A stretch of 63,646 nt of DNA, filler included, from Chrysochromulina tobinii (GCA_001275005.1; 8 parts of 8 records of this genome joined end to end with filler, not necessarily neighbours in it), one strand, 5' to 3'; counted from the whole stretch's first letter, positions 48,076 to 60,200 are shown. Translations and numbers: made by a program. Notes: generated by a model not told the origin, from the letters alone.

Positions 48076-48806
48076 TCACGTGGTGCGCCCGTCGTTGAAA
48101 TCGACCCACGAGCCACCCGCTTTCATCATCTCGACCTCCTCCTTGAGGTCGTCTTCAGAGTACCCCGACGCGACCACATTCCTCCAGAAGGCAAGGAACT
48201 CGTCCCACGTGATGGTGGCGCTCTTGTCCTCGTCGACCTCGTTGAACATGGCGGTGGCGTTCACCTTGGCAAAGTTCTTGCCCCAGAACGCGATCGCCTC
48301 ATCCTTGGACACCTCGCCGTTTTTGTCGCCTGCGCGAGCGCAGAGGCGGGCAGCCGTGGTGGGCGTGAGAAGGTCATCCGTGGTGGGCGTGCGAAGGTCA
48401 TCCGTGGTGGGCGTGAGAAGGTCATCCGTGGTGGGCGTGAGAAGGTCATCCGTGGTGGGCGTGCGAAGGTCATCCGTGGTGGGCGTGCGAAGGTCATCCG
48501 TGGTGGGCGTGCGAGAAGGTCATCCGTGGTGGGCGTGCGAAGGTCATCCGTGGTGGGCGTGCGAAGGTCATCCGTGGTGAGTGAGAAGGTCCAGCAGCAG
48601 CAGACCAGCCACGAGGGGCGCGCCGCACCGTCCATCGCGTCGAAGAAGGACCTGAGCTCCTGCTCGAGGGCCTCTGACAGCGCCGCCGCATCCTTCTTGA
48701 ACCCATGGGCGAGGTCGTCGCTCGATTTCGAGCGGTGGCCGCTGCCTACGGAGACGCCATCGAACCCGACGTGCTTGTCCTCTGGGGTCGATGACGCGCA
48801 ACCCAT
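48076..48806 (-). CDS. Small EF-hand Ca-binding protein with MGC acylation signal; exons 48806-48629, 48329-48076
   Basis: MGCASS; FFDAMD|GDKNGEVSKDE and MFNEVDEDKSATITWDEF loops. Confidence 0.88.
48354..48592. repeat. 24-bp intronic minisatellite, about 10 copies
   Basis: ccgtggtgggcgtg(a/c)gaaggtcat tandem. Confidence 0.95.
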
Positions 48807-49611
48807 TTCGTCTGATATTTTTCACGTAAGCTCAAAAGAAGGACGTCCGAGTCCGCGGACTTCTGAGTGGCGAAAAACAGAGCGCCAGAAGTTACGTGGC
48901 GCCCGCCGCGACGCGGCACACACTTCGACCTCGAAAAAGTACGATGCCTCTCTTATCGTTTGTATGCTTGGATCTCACAAAACTCTACTCAAAACTCAAC
49001 TCTGAACTCAGCCCCACGAAACGCGTACACAGTACATAGTGTCCACCCCCCTGTGAATCCCGGGAGCCGGGATCTCGGGCGGGAGCCGAGATTTGCCGCG
49101 CGGCGTTGCGCGGTTCCACATGCACATGGGGTCACAGAGGGCCGGCCTTTCGTTCAGTGTCGAGTGTGACCACTTCCTTTTCTTTCTGTCGAGCACCTAG
49201 AGCACCAACTTTTCGTGATTTATTTGCGCCGTTCCGCGACGATCGCTGATCGTTCCGGGACCGTGACCGGCGTTTTCAGCTCATACAATCAAGTTGCTTC
49301 ACTCTGGCCTGTCGCCAGCCTCTGAGTCTGCCCCCCCAGAGCCCCCACCAGGGGGGCAACCTATAAGAGTACGTTCTGAGTACGTTCTGGCCCATCAACC
49401 CCACGCAAGCGCCGACCCGGATGCCGCAAAATGGCAGGCTCGCAAAGTCTCGCACGCAGCGTTCCACACCCATGGCTCACAAGACCAATAATATAATATA
49501 GAAATGTGCGTCCCACCAGCTCACCGGGTAGTAGCAGCGCCCTGAGTCGTGCGCGGCTAGAGCTTGAGCCCAAGCAAGAGGGTCGAAACGTCGCGTTCTG
49601 TCCATGCGCGG

Positions 49612-50176
49612 CTACAGCTTCAGCCCGAGCGCAAAGCCCGCCGCAAACCCTCCACTTGTGCCGAGGCTGTTATCGGCCAGGATGGCCGCCGTCTTGTCGG
49701 AGAGGAACTCATAATCCTTCTGGTCCACCTTGCCATCCTGCCGAACGCGGCGACGAGCGCATGTGTGTAGGAGCAGCATCAACGCAGTGATCCAGGGAAC
49801 GCCTCACCTTGTTGAGATCCATCAGCTTGGTAACATCCGCCTCGATCTTGTGGTAGTTGATCGTCACGTACCCCGCCTTTTGGAGCACAGTAGCCACGAC
49901 GTAGAGGCCGCCCACGGCAATCGCAGCCACATTCCCACCGATTTTCACAGCCTTACCAGTGCAGAAGCCCATCACGCCGCCAGCACCTGCTGCCGGAAGC
50001 ATGTTGGACCCGATGCTGATGGGCAGGAGTGATGAGATACCCTTCTCAGAAATGATGGCCGCAACCGGTGGATTGTGGCGCGCGCGCTCGTGGCGGCGAG
50101 CGACAGACATCGCCTCGCCCGCCGGCATCATGAGAACGAGGCACGTGATCGCGAACAGCTTCGCGGGCGCCATCAT
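49612..50176 (-). CDS. FUN14-domain membrane protein; exons 50176-49808, 49737-49612
   Basis: GAGGVMGFCTGKAVKIGG..LQKAGYVTINYHKIE..LMDLNK|DGKVDQKD..GGFAAGFALGLKL. Confidence 0.85.
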
Positions 50177-50533
50177 CTAAATGATAAACGACTATTAGTC
50201 CCCGCATAGACGATTAAGATTTCGTCGAAAAGGCGATGAACGAGGGCAGGCCCAGGCCCATCAGCCAGATGATCAGTGGGCACAATTCTGTGAGTCTATC
50301 GTCCCAGTCCCCTCAAGACCCTCTATAGGTGAGACTTCGTGACTTCCAGAGAGTCTCTGCTCTCTCTTCCTCTCAATGTGCCTCTCTACGTGTCACCATA
50401 TCGCTCATCTCCAATAAGGGTGTCATGCCACGTAGGCAGGGCGAGCAGCGCACACGTATCGTGCCACAGGCAGGGCCACAGGCAGGGCCACAGGCAGTGG
50501 ACCGTAAGCCAGATCCTGCAGCGCTCCTCCTCC

Positions 50534-51031
50534 TCACGGTGCCGCCGCTGCGCGCAGCTTCTCGAGGAGTTTGTCCTTGAGAAACGGCTTGCCCCGCGGG
50601 GCATACTGCTTGGTGGCCGGGTCGCTCACCATCAAGCTCACGTCCCATAGAGAGTCCACATACTTGTGAAGGTCTGCCACCGAGTAGGTGAGCTTCGCCA
50701 GGCCCGGGTTGAGCTTCCGTAGTTCCTTTTCGTAGAGAGCGATGAACGCATCGAGCGCGAGTGGCAAGGAGTTGAAGTCGGACCATGTGCGCGTGGTGGT
50801 GGCGGCCGTCGTCTGCAGCAGCAGCAGGGTGTGCAGCGCCTTCGGTGTCGGTTCGGCGTTCGGCTTTGTGACCTTCGCCCCGGCGCCCGCGACCGCCACC
50901 AGTGACATGTTGGTAGGCTTGCCGGGCTTATTTTTCCGCTTCTTCTGGACGGCGCCCACTGCTGCCCGCGCGATTTGGCCACCGGCATTGCTCAGCTTCA
51001 TCTTGAGGGATGCTTTCGGCCCCTTACCCAT
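50534..51031 (-). CDS. ERH: Enhancer of rudimentary homolog with N-terminal basic extension
   Basis: HTLLLLQ..TRTWSDFNS..YEKELRKLNP..LTYSVADLHKYVDSLWDVSLMV..QYAPRGKPFLKDKL. Confidence 0.9.
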   Translation of the reverse strand: MGKGPKASLKMKLSNAGGQIARAAVGAVQKKRKNKPGKPTNMSLVAVAGAGAKVTKPNAEPTPKALHTLLLLQTTAATTTRTWSDFNSLPLALDAFIALYEKELRKLNPGLAKLTYSVADLHKYVDSLWDVSLMVSDPATKQYAPRGKPFLKDKLLEKLRAAAAP

Positions 51032-51264
51032 TGGCGCCCCGCGTTTCGCGAAGCTGCGAAAACGCGCGCGCCTTTCGACGCGTTGCGGTGGGCGCTCGTC
51101 GCCAGGCGTCCTTCTCACGGTGGTGCGACACGTGCGTCTCCACACATGGACCACCGTCTCCACAGATGGCCTTCAGATGGCCTCCTCTCGACTCCTCTCG
51201 ACTGTACCAAGACTGTAGTACGGTTACGCCCTCACATAGTGGGCGCGATGAACTATTGTACACG

Positions 51265-51437
51265 CTACATGTGACTCATGGCGGCGGCCAGCCTCCTCTC
51301 GCTCTCGGCGAGCCTCATTGCCGCACTCTCCATCTGGTGAGCCGAGCGCCGGCGGCGGAGCTGGCGCTGCTGCAGCAGCAGCTGATGAGGCGTGATGGGG
51401 CTCGGCTCGCCGTCTGCACCGATGGCCGCTGCCAGCT

Positions 51438-51468
<31 letters not shown>

Positions 51469-53055
51469 CGCCTCTGCGGCCGCCGCCGCGGCCGACGACG
51501 ACGGCGGCACCGCCGCTTGACGCGCTGTGTTGGGTATACGCGCTGTGCTAGGCGACGCGGCGCCGCCCATTTCCAAATTAGGTAATGACGGATCCGCGTC
51601 GCTCAGCTGCGGGGCGAGCGCGCCGTCGCGGGCGCCCGCCCCCGCCCTCCGGCCGTAGCGCGCCCGCGACGGCGCCGCGCCCGAGCGGCTGAAGCCCGCC
51701 GCGGAGGCGTAATGTGAGTGGAGGATCGGCGGGGGAGGGGGGAGCTTGTGTGCGAGAGCGGCAGCCAAGCGCCGCTCGCTGCCCGCGAGGTTGGCGGCGG
51801 CAGCCACCATTGCGGCCTGCAGCTGCGCCGCGGGGTCGTCGCCTAAATTAGGCAATGGAGGGTCGTCGCCCAAATTAGGTAATGGAGGATGGCCGTCCTC
51901 GGCCCCGGCGTCGCCACCGCCCGGTACGGCGCCTGTCGAGCCGCCCGCAGCGGCCGATGCTGACGCCCTGTGCTGAGCGCTGTGCTGAGCGGATCCGCTT
52001 ACGGGTGAGCGTGTGGGTCGTCGGGCGGGTCGCGCTGTGCTGAGCGCTGTGCCGCCGAGGCCGACGCCACCGCCGCGCTCGTCCGCGGCGCCGTACCGGG
52101 CACTCGCGCTCAGAGGGATGCCGCCGCCGCCGCCGCCGCCGCCGCCTCCGCCGCCTCCGTCGACGCTGCTGCTGCCGCCGCCTTCGCTGCCGCCGCCTCC
52201 GTCTCCTCCGTCGACGCTGCTGCTGCCGTCGCCACGAGGTGAACCGCCGGTGCCCACGACGGCGCCCAGACGCCGTTGACGTGGCGGTACTGCGAGAGCC
52301 GATCGTCCAGCCCCAGCCCCAGTGCCAGTGCTAGCCCCAGCACCAGTGCCAGTGCTAGCCGCAGCGCCCGCGCTCGTGCTGGCCACAGTGCCCGCGCGGA
52401 GGATGAGGAGAGTCATTTTGGCGCCGAGGGCGTCGATCAGAGTCCGTCGGCCGCCCTCGGTGTTGGCGAGCACGCGCGCGCTCATGCGCGCGGTGGGCGT
52501 CAGCGGCTGCGCGTCGAGCGACGAGAGCCCAGGCAGCAGGAGGAGCGCTGTGCTGCTACCGAGCCCTTTGGGTACCGCATTGTCCAAATTAGGGTTGTTC
52601 ATCAGGACGAGGTGGCGCAGGCTGTGGATCGATCGGAGGGCGGGCAGCGCGGGCAGCGCGAGCCGATTCGACGGCAGCCAGAGCTCTACGAGCGCCGCCA
52701 GGCCGCCGAGCGCCGACACGTCCGTCAGCCGGTTGCTCGAGAGGTCTAGCCTCCGGAGGGCGCCGAGGGTGCCGAGCGACGCTGGGAGCGACCGGAGCCG
52801 ATTGTGGGCGGCGCTGAGGCGCTCGAGGTCGGGGCAGGCCTCGGCGAGGCCCTCGAGCGAGCTGAGCAAGTTGAACGCCAGGTTGAGCTCGAGCAAGCAG
52901 CCGTCGAGCGCAGGCAGCGAGTGCAGCGCTTGGTTGTCAAAGGAGCCGATCGGGTCGGGCGCCGGAGCGGACGGCGCCGATCTGGCAAATGTGATGTCCG
53001 GGGCGCCGTCGTCGTCGCCACCGCCGTGGTCGTCGAGGCTGCCGTCGCCCGCCAT
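51265..53055 (-). CDS. Leucine-rich repeat protein (SDS22-like) with a low-complexity tail
   Basis: LLELNLAFNLLSSLEGL, LERLSAAHNRL, LRRLDLSSNRL, LRHLVLMNNP, LPGLSSLD (LRR cap). Confidence 0.85.
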
Positions 53056-53058
53056 CTT

Positions 53059-53268
53059 TCACTGCGACTTCTTCTGGCCGCCGTGCCTCTGCACCTCGTT
53101 GGCTGAGATGCTCAGCGTGTCTCGCGTCGACTCCTTTTGCTTGTCGCCCGCGACCGTGTACCCGCGCGACGCGAAGATCGCGGGAGCCGCGAAGCCGGCG
53201 CAGCAGAAGGCGACGAGTCCGAACACGAAGCCACTCCCGACCCTTCCACCTGTTGCAGATGGGCGCAT
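53059..53268 (-). CDS. Small single-TM protein or uORF (69 aa)
   Basis: ATG start, one hydrophobic segment FVFGLVAFCCAGFAAPAIF, coding-like GC3; stop lies 3 nt before the LRR ATG. Confidence 0.45.
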   Translation of the reverse strand: MRPSATGGRVGSGFVFGLVAFCCAGFAAPAIFASRGYTVAGDKQKESTRDTLSISANEVQRHGGQKKSQ

Positions 53269-53458
53269 GGACTTCAGAGGAGCGGAGGAGCCTATTTATT
53301 TCCGAGCATTATGAATCGTTAATCAGCCATCCAGGCGTGCCCTGATGATCCGGGCGCATGTTCACACGCTTTTCACACTTCCACGGGACGCAGGGCCCGA
53401 TCGTCAGCCGGACACACGACACGGCGCAAAGCCTCGCCGTCCCCGGCCGGCCGGGGCC

Positions 53459-53666
53459 ATGCTGAGAGAAACGGAAAGAAGATTTCTCCTGCTATCCGCC
53501 GGCACGATCTTCTTCATCCAGGTGAGCTGCATCATCGAGGAGTGGATCTTCAAGCAGTTGGCCGACTTCCACTACCACTGGTTCGTTGCGCTTCTCGAGC
53601 TTGCGATCTTCAGCCTCTTTGGCCACCTGGCGCACGTGAGCGATTGCGACGGCAGCAGCAGCAGCA

Positions 53667-53706
<40 letters not shown>

Positions 53707-55686
53707 CGGCGGCAGCGGCAGCAGCGGCAGCGGCGGCAGCAGCTGTACGACACCCGCGCGGAAAGGGCCGCTGCGCCTGTACGTGCTGGTCGGCCTCTCC
53801 CTCGCCGCGGGTACGGGGCTGGGCAAGGTCGCGTACCGGTACGTGAACTACGCGACGGGTACGGTGCTCAAGTCGATGAAGCTGCTGCCCGTGATGGCCG
53901 TCTCCGTTTGCTGGCTCCATCGGAGCTACACGAGGCTCCAGGTGGCTGCGGCCGTGCTGATGGTCGGCTCGGCCGTGTGCTTTGGGCTGGGCGAGGCGGA
54001 GCTCGAGCCGAGCTTCCATCCGCTAGGCTTGCTGCTCTCGTTTGGGTGCCTGGTCGCTCAGGTGACGAATCTGATGACCTCTGATGACCTCTGATGACCT
54101 CTGATGACCTCTGATGACCTCTGATGACCTCTGACGACCTCTGATGACCTCTGACGACCTCTGATGACCTCTGATGACCTCTGATGACCTCTGATGACCT
54201 CTGATGACCTCTGATGACCTCTGATGGTCGCTCAACAGTGATGAATCACCTCCGGATGCTCAGCACGTGATTGCCAATTGTTTGGCCACGTGATTGCCAC
54301 GTGATTGCGCATTCTGAGTGCCATAAACGTCAATTGGGTTGAGTCTCGATGATTGCCTCTGATGACCTCTGATGCCATCGATTGAGCCTCGTTGATGACC
54401 TCGGATGGCGCAGGCGCTCTGATGACCTCTGTTGACCTCTGATGATCGTTGATGACCTCTGATGGCGCAGGCGCTCCAGAACAACACGTCTGACCGGCTG
54501 CTGCGCGACTACGGTGTGAACGTTCACGAGGCGATGGCTTGGTCGAACGGTGTGGGCGCCGTCGCGGTGCTCTTTGTCACGCTATGGACGGGCGAACTGT
54601 GGAGGGCACTTGCCTATTTTGGAAACACCGGCCTCGGCTCGGCGCTGCTGCTACTGCGCTCGCTCCTCTTTTATGTGGGGGCTTTGCTCTACACGATACT
54701 CATCAGGTGAGTGACCTCGGAGTGACCTCGGAGTGACCTCGGAGTGACCTCGGAGTGACCTCGGAGTGACCTCGGAGTGACCTCGGAGTGACCTCGGAGT
54801 GACCTCGGAGGGCCATCTGAGTGACCTCTGCCGTCGACTCACTGACTGTATGCGGTGTGAATGTGAATGTGAATGCCCTCTGCCGTCGACTCACTGACTG
54901 TATGCGGTGTGAATGTGAATGCCCTCTGCCGTCGACTCACTGACTGTATGCGGTGTGAATTCACAGTGAGAGTGGGGCCGTCACCGCCGTCTTCGTGACG
55001 ACGATGAGGAAAGCGCTCACGGTGGCGCTCTCATTCCTCATCTTCCCCAAGCCATGGTGATGACCTCTGATGGCTGCTGATGACCCTTGATGGCCAATGA
55101 TGGCCAATGAATTGTCACTGATGGTCGCCGATTTCCACTGACGTCGCAGGTGCTCAAAATACTCTCTTGGGCTACTGCTGCTGCTGGCGGCCATCGTGTG
55201 CGAGGTGCGCCCCTCTCCGCTCCTCTCAGCTTGCAACGGCTCGCATGCAAGCGCCCATCACGGCGCGGCACGCCCCTCTCCGCTCCTCTCAGCTTGCAAC
55301 GGCTCGCATGCAAGCGCCCATCACGGCGCGACACGCCCCTCTCCGCTCCTCTCAGCTTGCAACGGCTCGCATGCAAGTGCCCATCACGGCGCGTCGCCTC
55401 CCCTCTCCTCCCGTCACAGGCGCGCGGCAAGCCAGCCAAGGACCATCAGCGCTCGCCGCCGCCCACCAGTGAGCATGCACGCGCTCCATATGGCGCGGTG
55501 TGCGGCGGCGCAGACGACAGCCCAGGCGCCGAGCTGGGCGCCGAGCTGCGCGGGCTGGGCGCCGTGCTGGGCGCGAGCAGCGGCGGGATGCGCGCCCGGG
55601 AGGGCGCCCGGGATGTTGCCTCTCCGGAGCCCAAGGATGATGACCACGACGGCGCGGGCGAGGAGCAGCCGCTCGTGCGCCCGTGA
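53459..55686 (+). CDS. Nucleotide-sugar/PAPS transporter (SLC35B/UAA family); exons 53459-54061, 54471-54706, 54967-55056, 55151-55204, 55420-55686
   Basis: YRYVNYATGTVLKSMKLLPVM, FHPLGLLL, GAVTAVFVTTMRKALTVALSFLIFPKP; all joins in frame. Confidence 0.9.
54071..54226 (+). repeat. Intronic decamer array (CTGATGACCT)n; an 11-mer array (GAGTGACCTCG)n follows at 54709-54809
   Basis: Direct tandem repeats. Confidence 0.95.
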
Positions 55687-56305
55687 CGAAGGCGTCGTAT
55701 TGGGCACCATGACCACGACGGCGCGGGCGAGGAGCAGCCGCTCGTGCGCCCGTGATGAAGGCGTCGTATTGGGCACCACCCGTGTGCCACCCGTGACACG
55801 TCGAATCGGCCGTTGCACTCGACCCTTCTATATGGACCTCCGCCTTGCATGCACGTGCTCACCACGGCGCCCTCGGTCGAATCGTCGTTGCACTCGACAC
55901 GGATTTTGCGTGGTATTCACGCAGCATACAGGCGTACATAGCCGCGGAGTCTAACAGATGCGTGCAGGGTGCAGCTCGAGGTTCCATAGAAAATAGGTAA
56001 CTGCTTAAAACTCGCGACCCCGGCCCCGCGACTGCCGCATGTGGCATGTGCCGTCGCGAATGAACAAGGAGCGTGCCTTCCGGCCTCACTTACTTGACCG
56101 CCCGTTAAGGCCGTGTCCATCACTCGCTCACTCACTCACTCACTCCCTCACTCCCTCACTCGATTGTGTGATATCCAGGCTCTTGGAGTGCGTGGGGACC
56201 ACGACGAAACTGACATGAAAACCTAATTAGGTTCGGCAACCCCGCGTGCGCAAAAGGCAAGCCGACGGCCGCAAAACCTCTCGTCGCGCCTGTTCTGGCG
56301 CGATC

Positions 56306-56996
56306 ATGGATGATCTTGTCCGGGATGCCATCTTCAAGATCCTGAAGCCCTTGAAAGACCGAGACAACATCTCACGAAAAGAAGCTGAACGGATAGAGGA
56401 CGATGTGGCCGAGTCGGTGAGCTTTGCACTCTGATCCCCCCAAAACCAACTTGCACTGCACATAACATAACATTCCAATGCCTCGCGCCGCGCGCAGATA
56501 CTTCGCGAGATGCGTCACGACGGGCGCACGCACCTCAACTCCGATGATCTGAGTGCTATCCAGCGGCGTGTCACCAGAAAGGTGGACCACCTTCTTGAGG
56601 ATCGCGGCGCGGGCGGCCACCAGCAGACAAACGTGCGACGCGACGAGCCGCGGCACGAGCGCGATGCGCCACGGCGAGACCGCGACGAGCCACGGCGGGA
56701 GCGAGACGTCCCGCAGACCACAAGCGGCCCGACTCCGCGCTTTGCCAGTGAGCAGCAGCTCGGGGGACACAAGCGTGGGGGGAACTTTGCCGACGACGGG
56801 GGCGAGCGCGGGGCGCCGCGACCGCGACCGGACCCTCCGTTCGCGGGGGTGGCGTCGCAACCATTCGGCCAAACAGGGGTCTCGTCATCCTCTGGCCCGG
56901 GGCGCGCGCCGGGCTCCGGGCAGAAGGTGCGTGTGATGACCAACTTCGTGCCTCTTGGCGTGCGGCCGACCTTGGTGGTGACCCAGTACGACGTCT
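56306..56996 (+). CDS. Probable Argonaute/Piwi protein, 5' fragment; intron 56418-56498
   Basis: Ends at the gap with GSGQKVRVMTNFVPLGVRPTLVVTQYDV, which resembles the Argonaute N-terminal GxxxxxxTNxF..QYDV motif; preceded by an R/D/G-rich disordered region. Confidence 0.6.
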
Positions 56997-57294
56997 NNNN
57001 NNNNNNNNNNNNNNNNNNNNNNNNNNNNNNNNNNNNNNNNTTAATTAATTAANNNNNNNNNNNNNNNNNNNNNNNNNNNNNNNNNNNNNNNNNNNNCGCC
57101 GCCCTCGCCGCCGCCACCCCCCTCACCGCCGCCCCTCTCGCCGCCACCGCCGCCATCGTCGCCGTCACCGCCGCCGCCGCGACCGCCCCTGCCCTCGCCA
57201 CCGCCGTGACCGCCGCCATCACCGCCACCGCTGCCGCCGCCACCGCTGCCGCCGCCACCGCCGCCACCGCTATCGCCTTTGATGCCTCCCGTCC

Positions 57295-60200
57295 TTTTGT
57301 GACGACAAGCACCTCAAGTACATGGGCTGGCAGCTGTCCGACATCCAGTCGGCCGCGGTGCGCTTCGTGTGTACATGGCAGGCGAGTGCGCGGCGCGCAT
57401 GCAAGTGCTCATCACGGCGCCCCCTCTCCCCGCTGCACCCTGCAGGTGCGCCTCGCGTCGTTGCAGGCGCTCGGGCTCGTGTACGAGGCCTTTGACGAGA
57501 TCAAGGATCTGACGCCCATTCGCCACTTCACCGAGCGCTTCGAAACGCGGCTGCTATCGATGTTCAAGGACGTCGATGACAGTGTCGCTGTCGAGGCCAT
57601 CCGTCTCGTCACCCGGCTGCAGGCATGCCATCGCCCTGAGCGTTTCTGATTGCGCCTGTCGGTACCTGAACCACCTGTCAATACGATTGCAGGTGCTCCG
57701 CCTCCTCCAGACCTTTTGATTGCATCTGATTGCCCCTCTAATTGCCTCTGAGTGCACTCTGATCACAGGAGCTCGGCCTCCTCAAGTCCTTCGCATCGAC
57801 GAAGCGGGCGGCGCTCCATCTCATGTGCCAGCGCGACGTGCAGCCGAAGCTCTGGACGGCCCTCGGACCCCTCATCCAGCTCCACCTCAAGGTACGTTGA
57901 TTGCATGCGGAGGACCTGCCTTGCATGCAAGTGCTCACCACAGCGCTCTCGCCTCCCAACCCCACCTCAAGGACGACTCGCCCACGGCAACCAAAGGCGG
58001 CGCCGAGGCCGGTGCAAGCGGCAGCGCGGCAGCGGCAGGTGGTGGCGGCGCGATGGCGGACGGCGATGAGGGCGGCGGCGGCGGCGGCGGCGGCGGGGGC
58101 CCGACCTCGCCAAGTAAAGCGCAGCGGCAGCACCTCGCCACCGGCTCCGTCGCCCGGCTCGCCAAGTCCCCTCTCGTGCAGCTCGCATCGCTCCTACTCG
58201 CCGATCGGCAGGTAGCTCTGATGATCTCTGATTGCATGCTGATTGCCTCCCTCATTAGTGCAGCTCGCGTCGCTCCTACTCGCCGATCGGCAGGCGCACC
58301 AAATTCGGGTCGCGGACACGGAGGAGGTGGAGCCGGCGCTGGCGGACGAGGAGAAGGAGGCGAAGGAGGAGGCGGAGCTGGGTGTGCGCTGTGGGCAGTT
58401 GGTGCGCGCGATGGCGCCCATCGAGCCCGCGCTCACCAACTGGGCGGCGTACGTTGAGGTGCGATCACCTGCCTCTGATGGCCAGACTGATGATTCCGGA
58501 TGGACAGCTGATGGATGACCCCTGAGTGCCATCTGAGTGCCGTCTGAGTGCGTCTGAGTGCGCCCCTACCCTCAGGTGCTTACCACCGACGACGAAGATC
58601 TCGACCCATCCATCGAGGCGACGCTGCCCGTGATCCTTCAGCTGATGCATGCCGCCGCGATTGAGACGAACGGCCGCTTCGACGCCGCCGCCGCCGCGGA
58701 GCTCGACGAGCATGACGAGGACGAGGAGGAGGAAGACGACGACGGCGACGTGGACGACGTGGTAGGCGGGCGAGGACGTAAGAGTCGCAAGCGCAAGCAG
58801 CGCAAGGCGATCGCGGCTGTGGAAAAGACGTCGACGGCCCTCTCCACCCACCTGGCGAAGGCGATGGCGCAACTGCTCCAGCGGTTCGGTACGCATGCAG
58901 GACCGCTGCGCGCCGTACTCTGCATGCAAGTGCTTACTACGGCGCCCACCCCCCTCTCCCCACAGGTACGCATGCAAGGCCGTTGCGCACCGTGCTCGCG
59001 CTCGTGCAGCAGATGCGCCTCGCGTCCGCCCAGGCGACGCTGAAGGACAAGGCGTTCGAGAAGATACTCTCGGAGCTCGAAGACGTGACGACCAAGTACG
59101 CTGATGGCCTCTGATGGCTTCTGATGACCACCTGATGGCCCTCTGATGACCACCTGATGACCACCTGATGACCACCTGATGACCACCTGATGACCACCTG
59201 ATGACCACCTGATGACCACCTGATGACGCCATATGACGCCATATGACGCCTGATGACGGCTGATTACATTCGGAAGTGAATGTCTCGTTGATCAGGCACA
59301 CCGACCGGGCGACGCTCGAGGCTTGCGGCGAAGCATGGTCCGCGCTCCTGGCCCAGCCCGGGGCGCCCGCGCTGCAAGAGAAGGTGCAACGTCGATTCGA
59401 CAAGCTCGTCGAACGCCTCCTTCTCCAGCTCAAGACGCTCAAGACGGCGCTCAAGAAGCCGAGCTCGGCCCAGGGAGATCCGCCGAGATTCGGGCTCGTG
59501 TCGGAGGCGCTCGTGACGCTCCACCGGCTCGAGAGCCTCACCAAGGGCCAACGGCAGCCGCTGCCTGGCCTCTCGGGCCTGCTGGGTGGGCTGCTGCAGG
59601 TGAGGGCCGCTGATTGCATCGGATGACCTCTGATTGCCACTGATTACCTCTGATGGGCACTCGGGCCTGCTTGGTGGGCTGCTGCAGGTGAGGGTCGATG
59701 GATTGCCACCGAGTGCCGCTGAGTGCCGCTGCCCTGCCAAGGATAGCCATGGATGGCCACTGACGGCCATCTCCTCTGTTGCAGATGGCGCAGACCAAGG
59801 ACCTCTTCGGGGCCGTGGACACGTACATGAGCCACCAACACGACATTGAAGCCATCCTTCGGGGGGACTCGATGGGCGCTGGAGCAGCGGCATCGAGCGG
59901 CGCGGCTGCCAAGGGAGGCAAGAGCGGCAGCGGCAAGGGCCGCGGCGGCGGCAAGGGCCGCGGCGGCAGCAAAGGCGGCGGCGGCAAGGGCGGCGGCGGC
60001 AAGGGCCCCTCGTCGCCCACAACGGCGCGTCACATAGCCGAGCTCGAGGCGCATGCGCCCACGACGGCGCTCGCGGGCCGGCTGGCCGGCTGCGTGTGCT
60101 CGCTGTTCCGGCTGCAGCTGGCGCAGCTCGTGCTGCGCGTCGAGGCGTTGGTCGTCGCTAAGAGTGACGACGAGACAGCTGTGCGCGAGCTGCTGATGAC

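Noticed and set aside
47782..49005. 407-aa plus-strand ORF
   Set aside because: Antisense to the EF-hand gene and runs through a 24-bp minisatellite.
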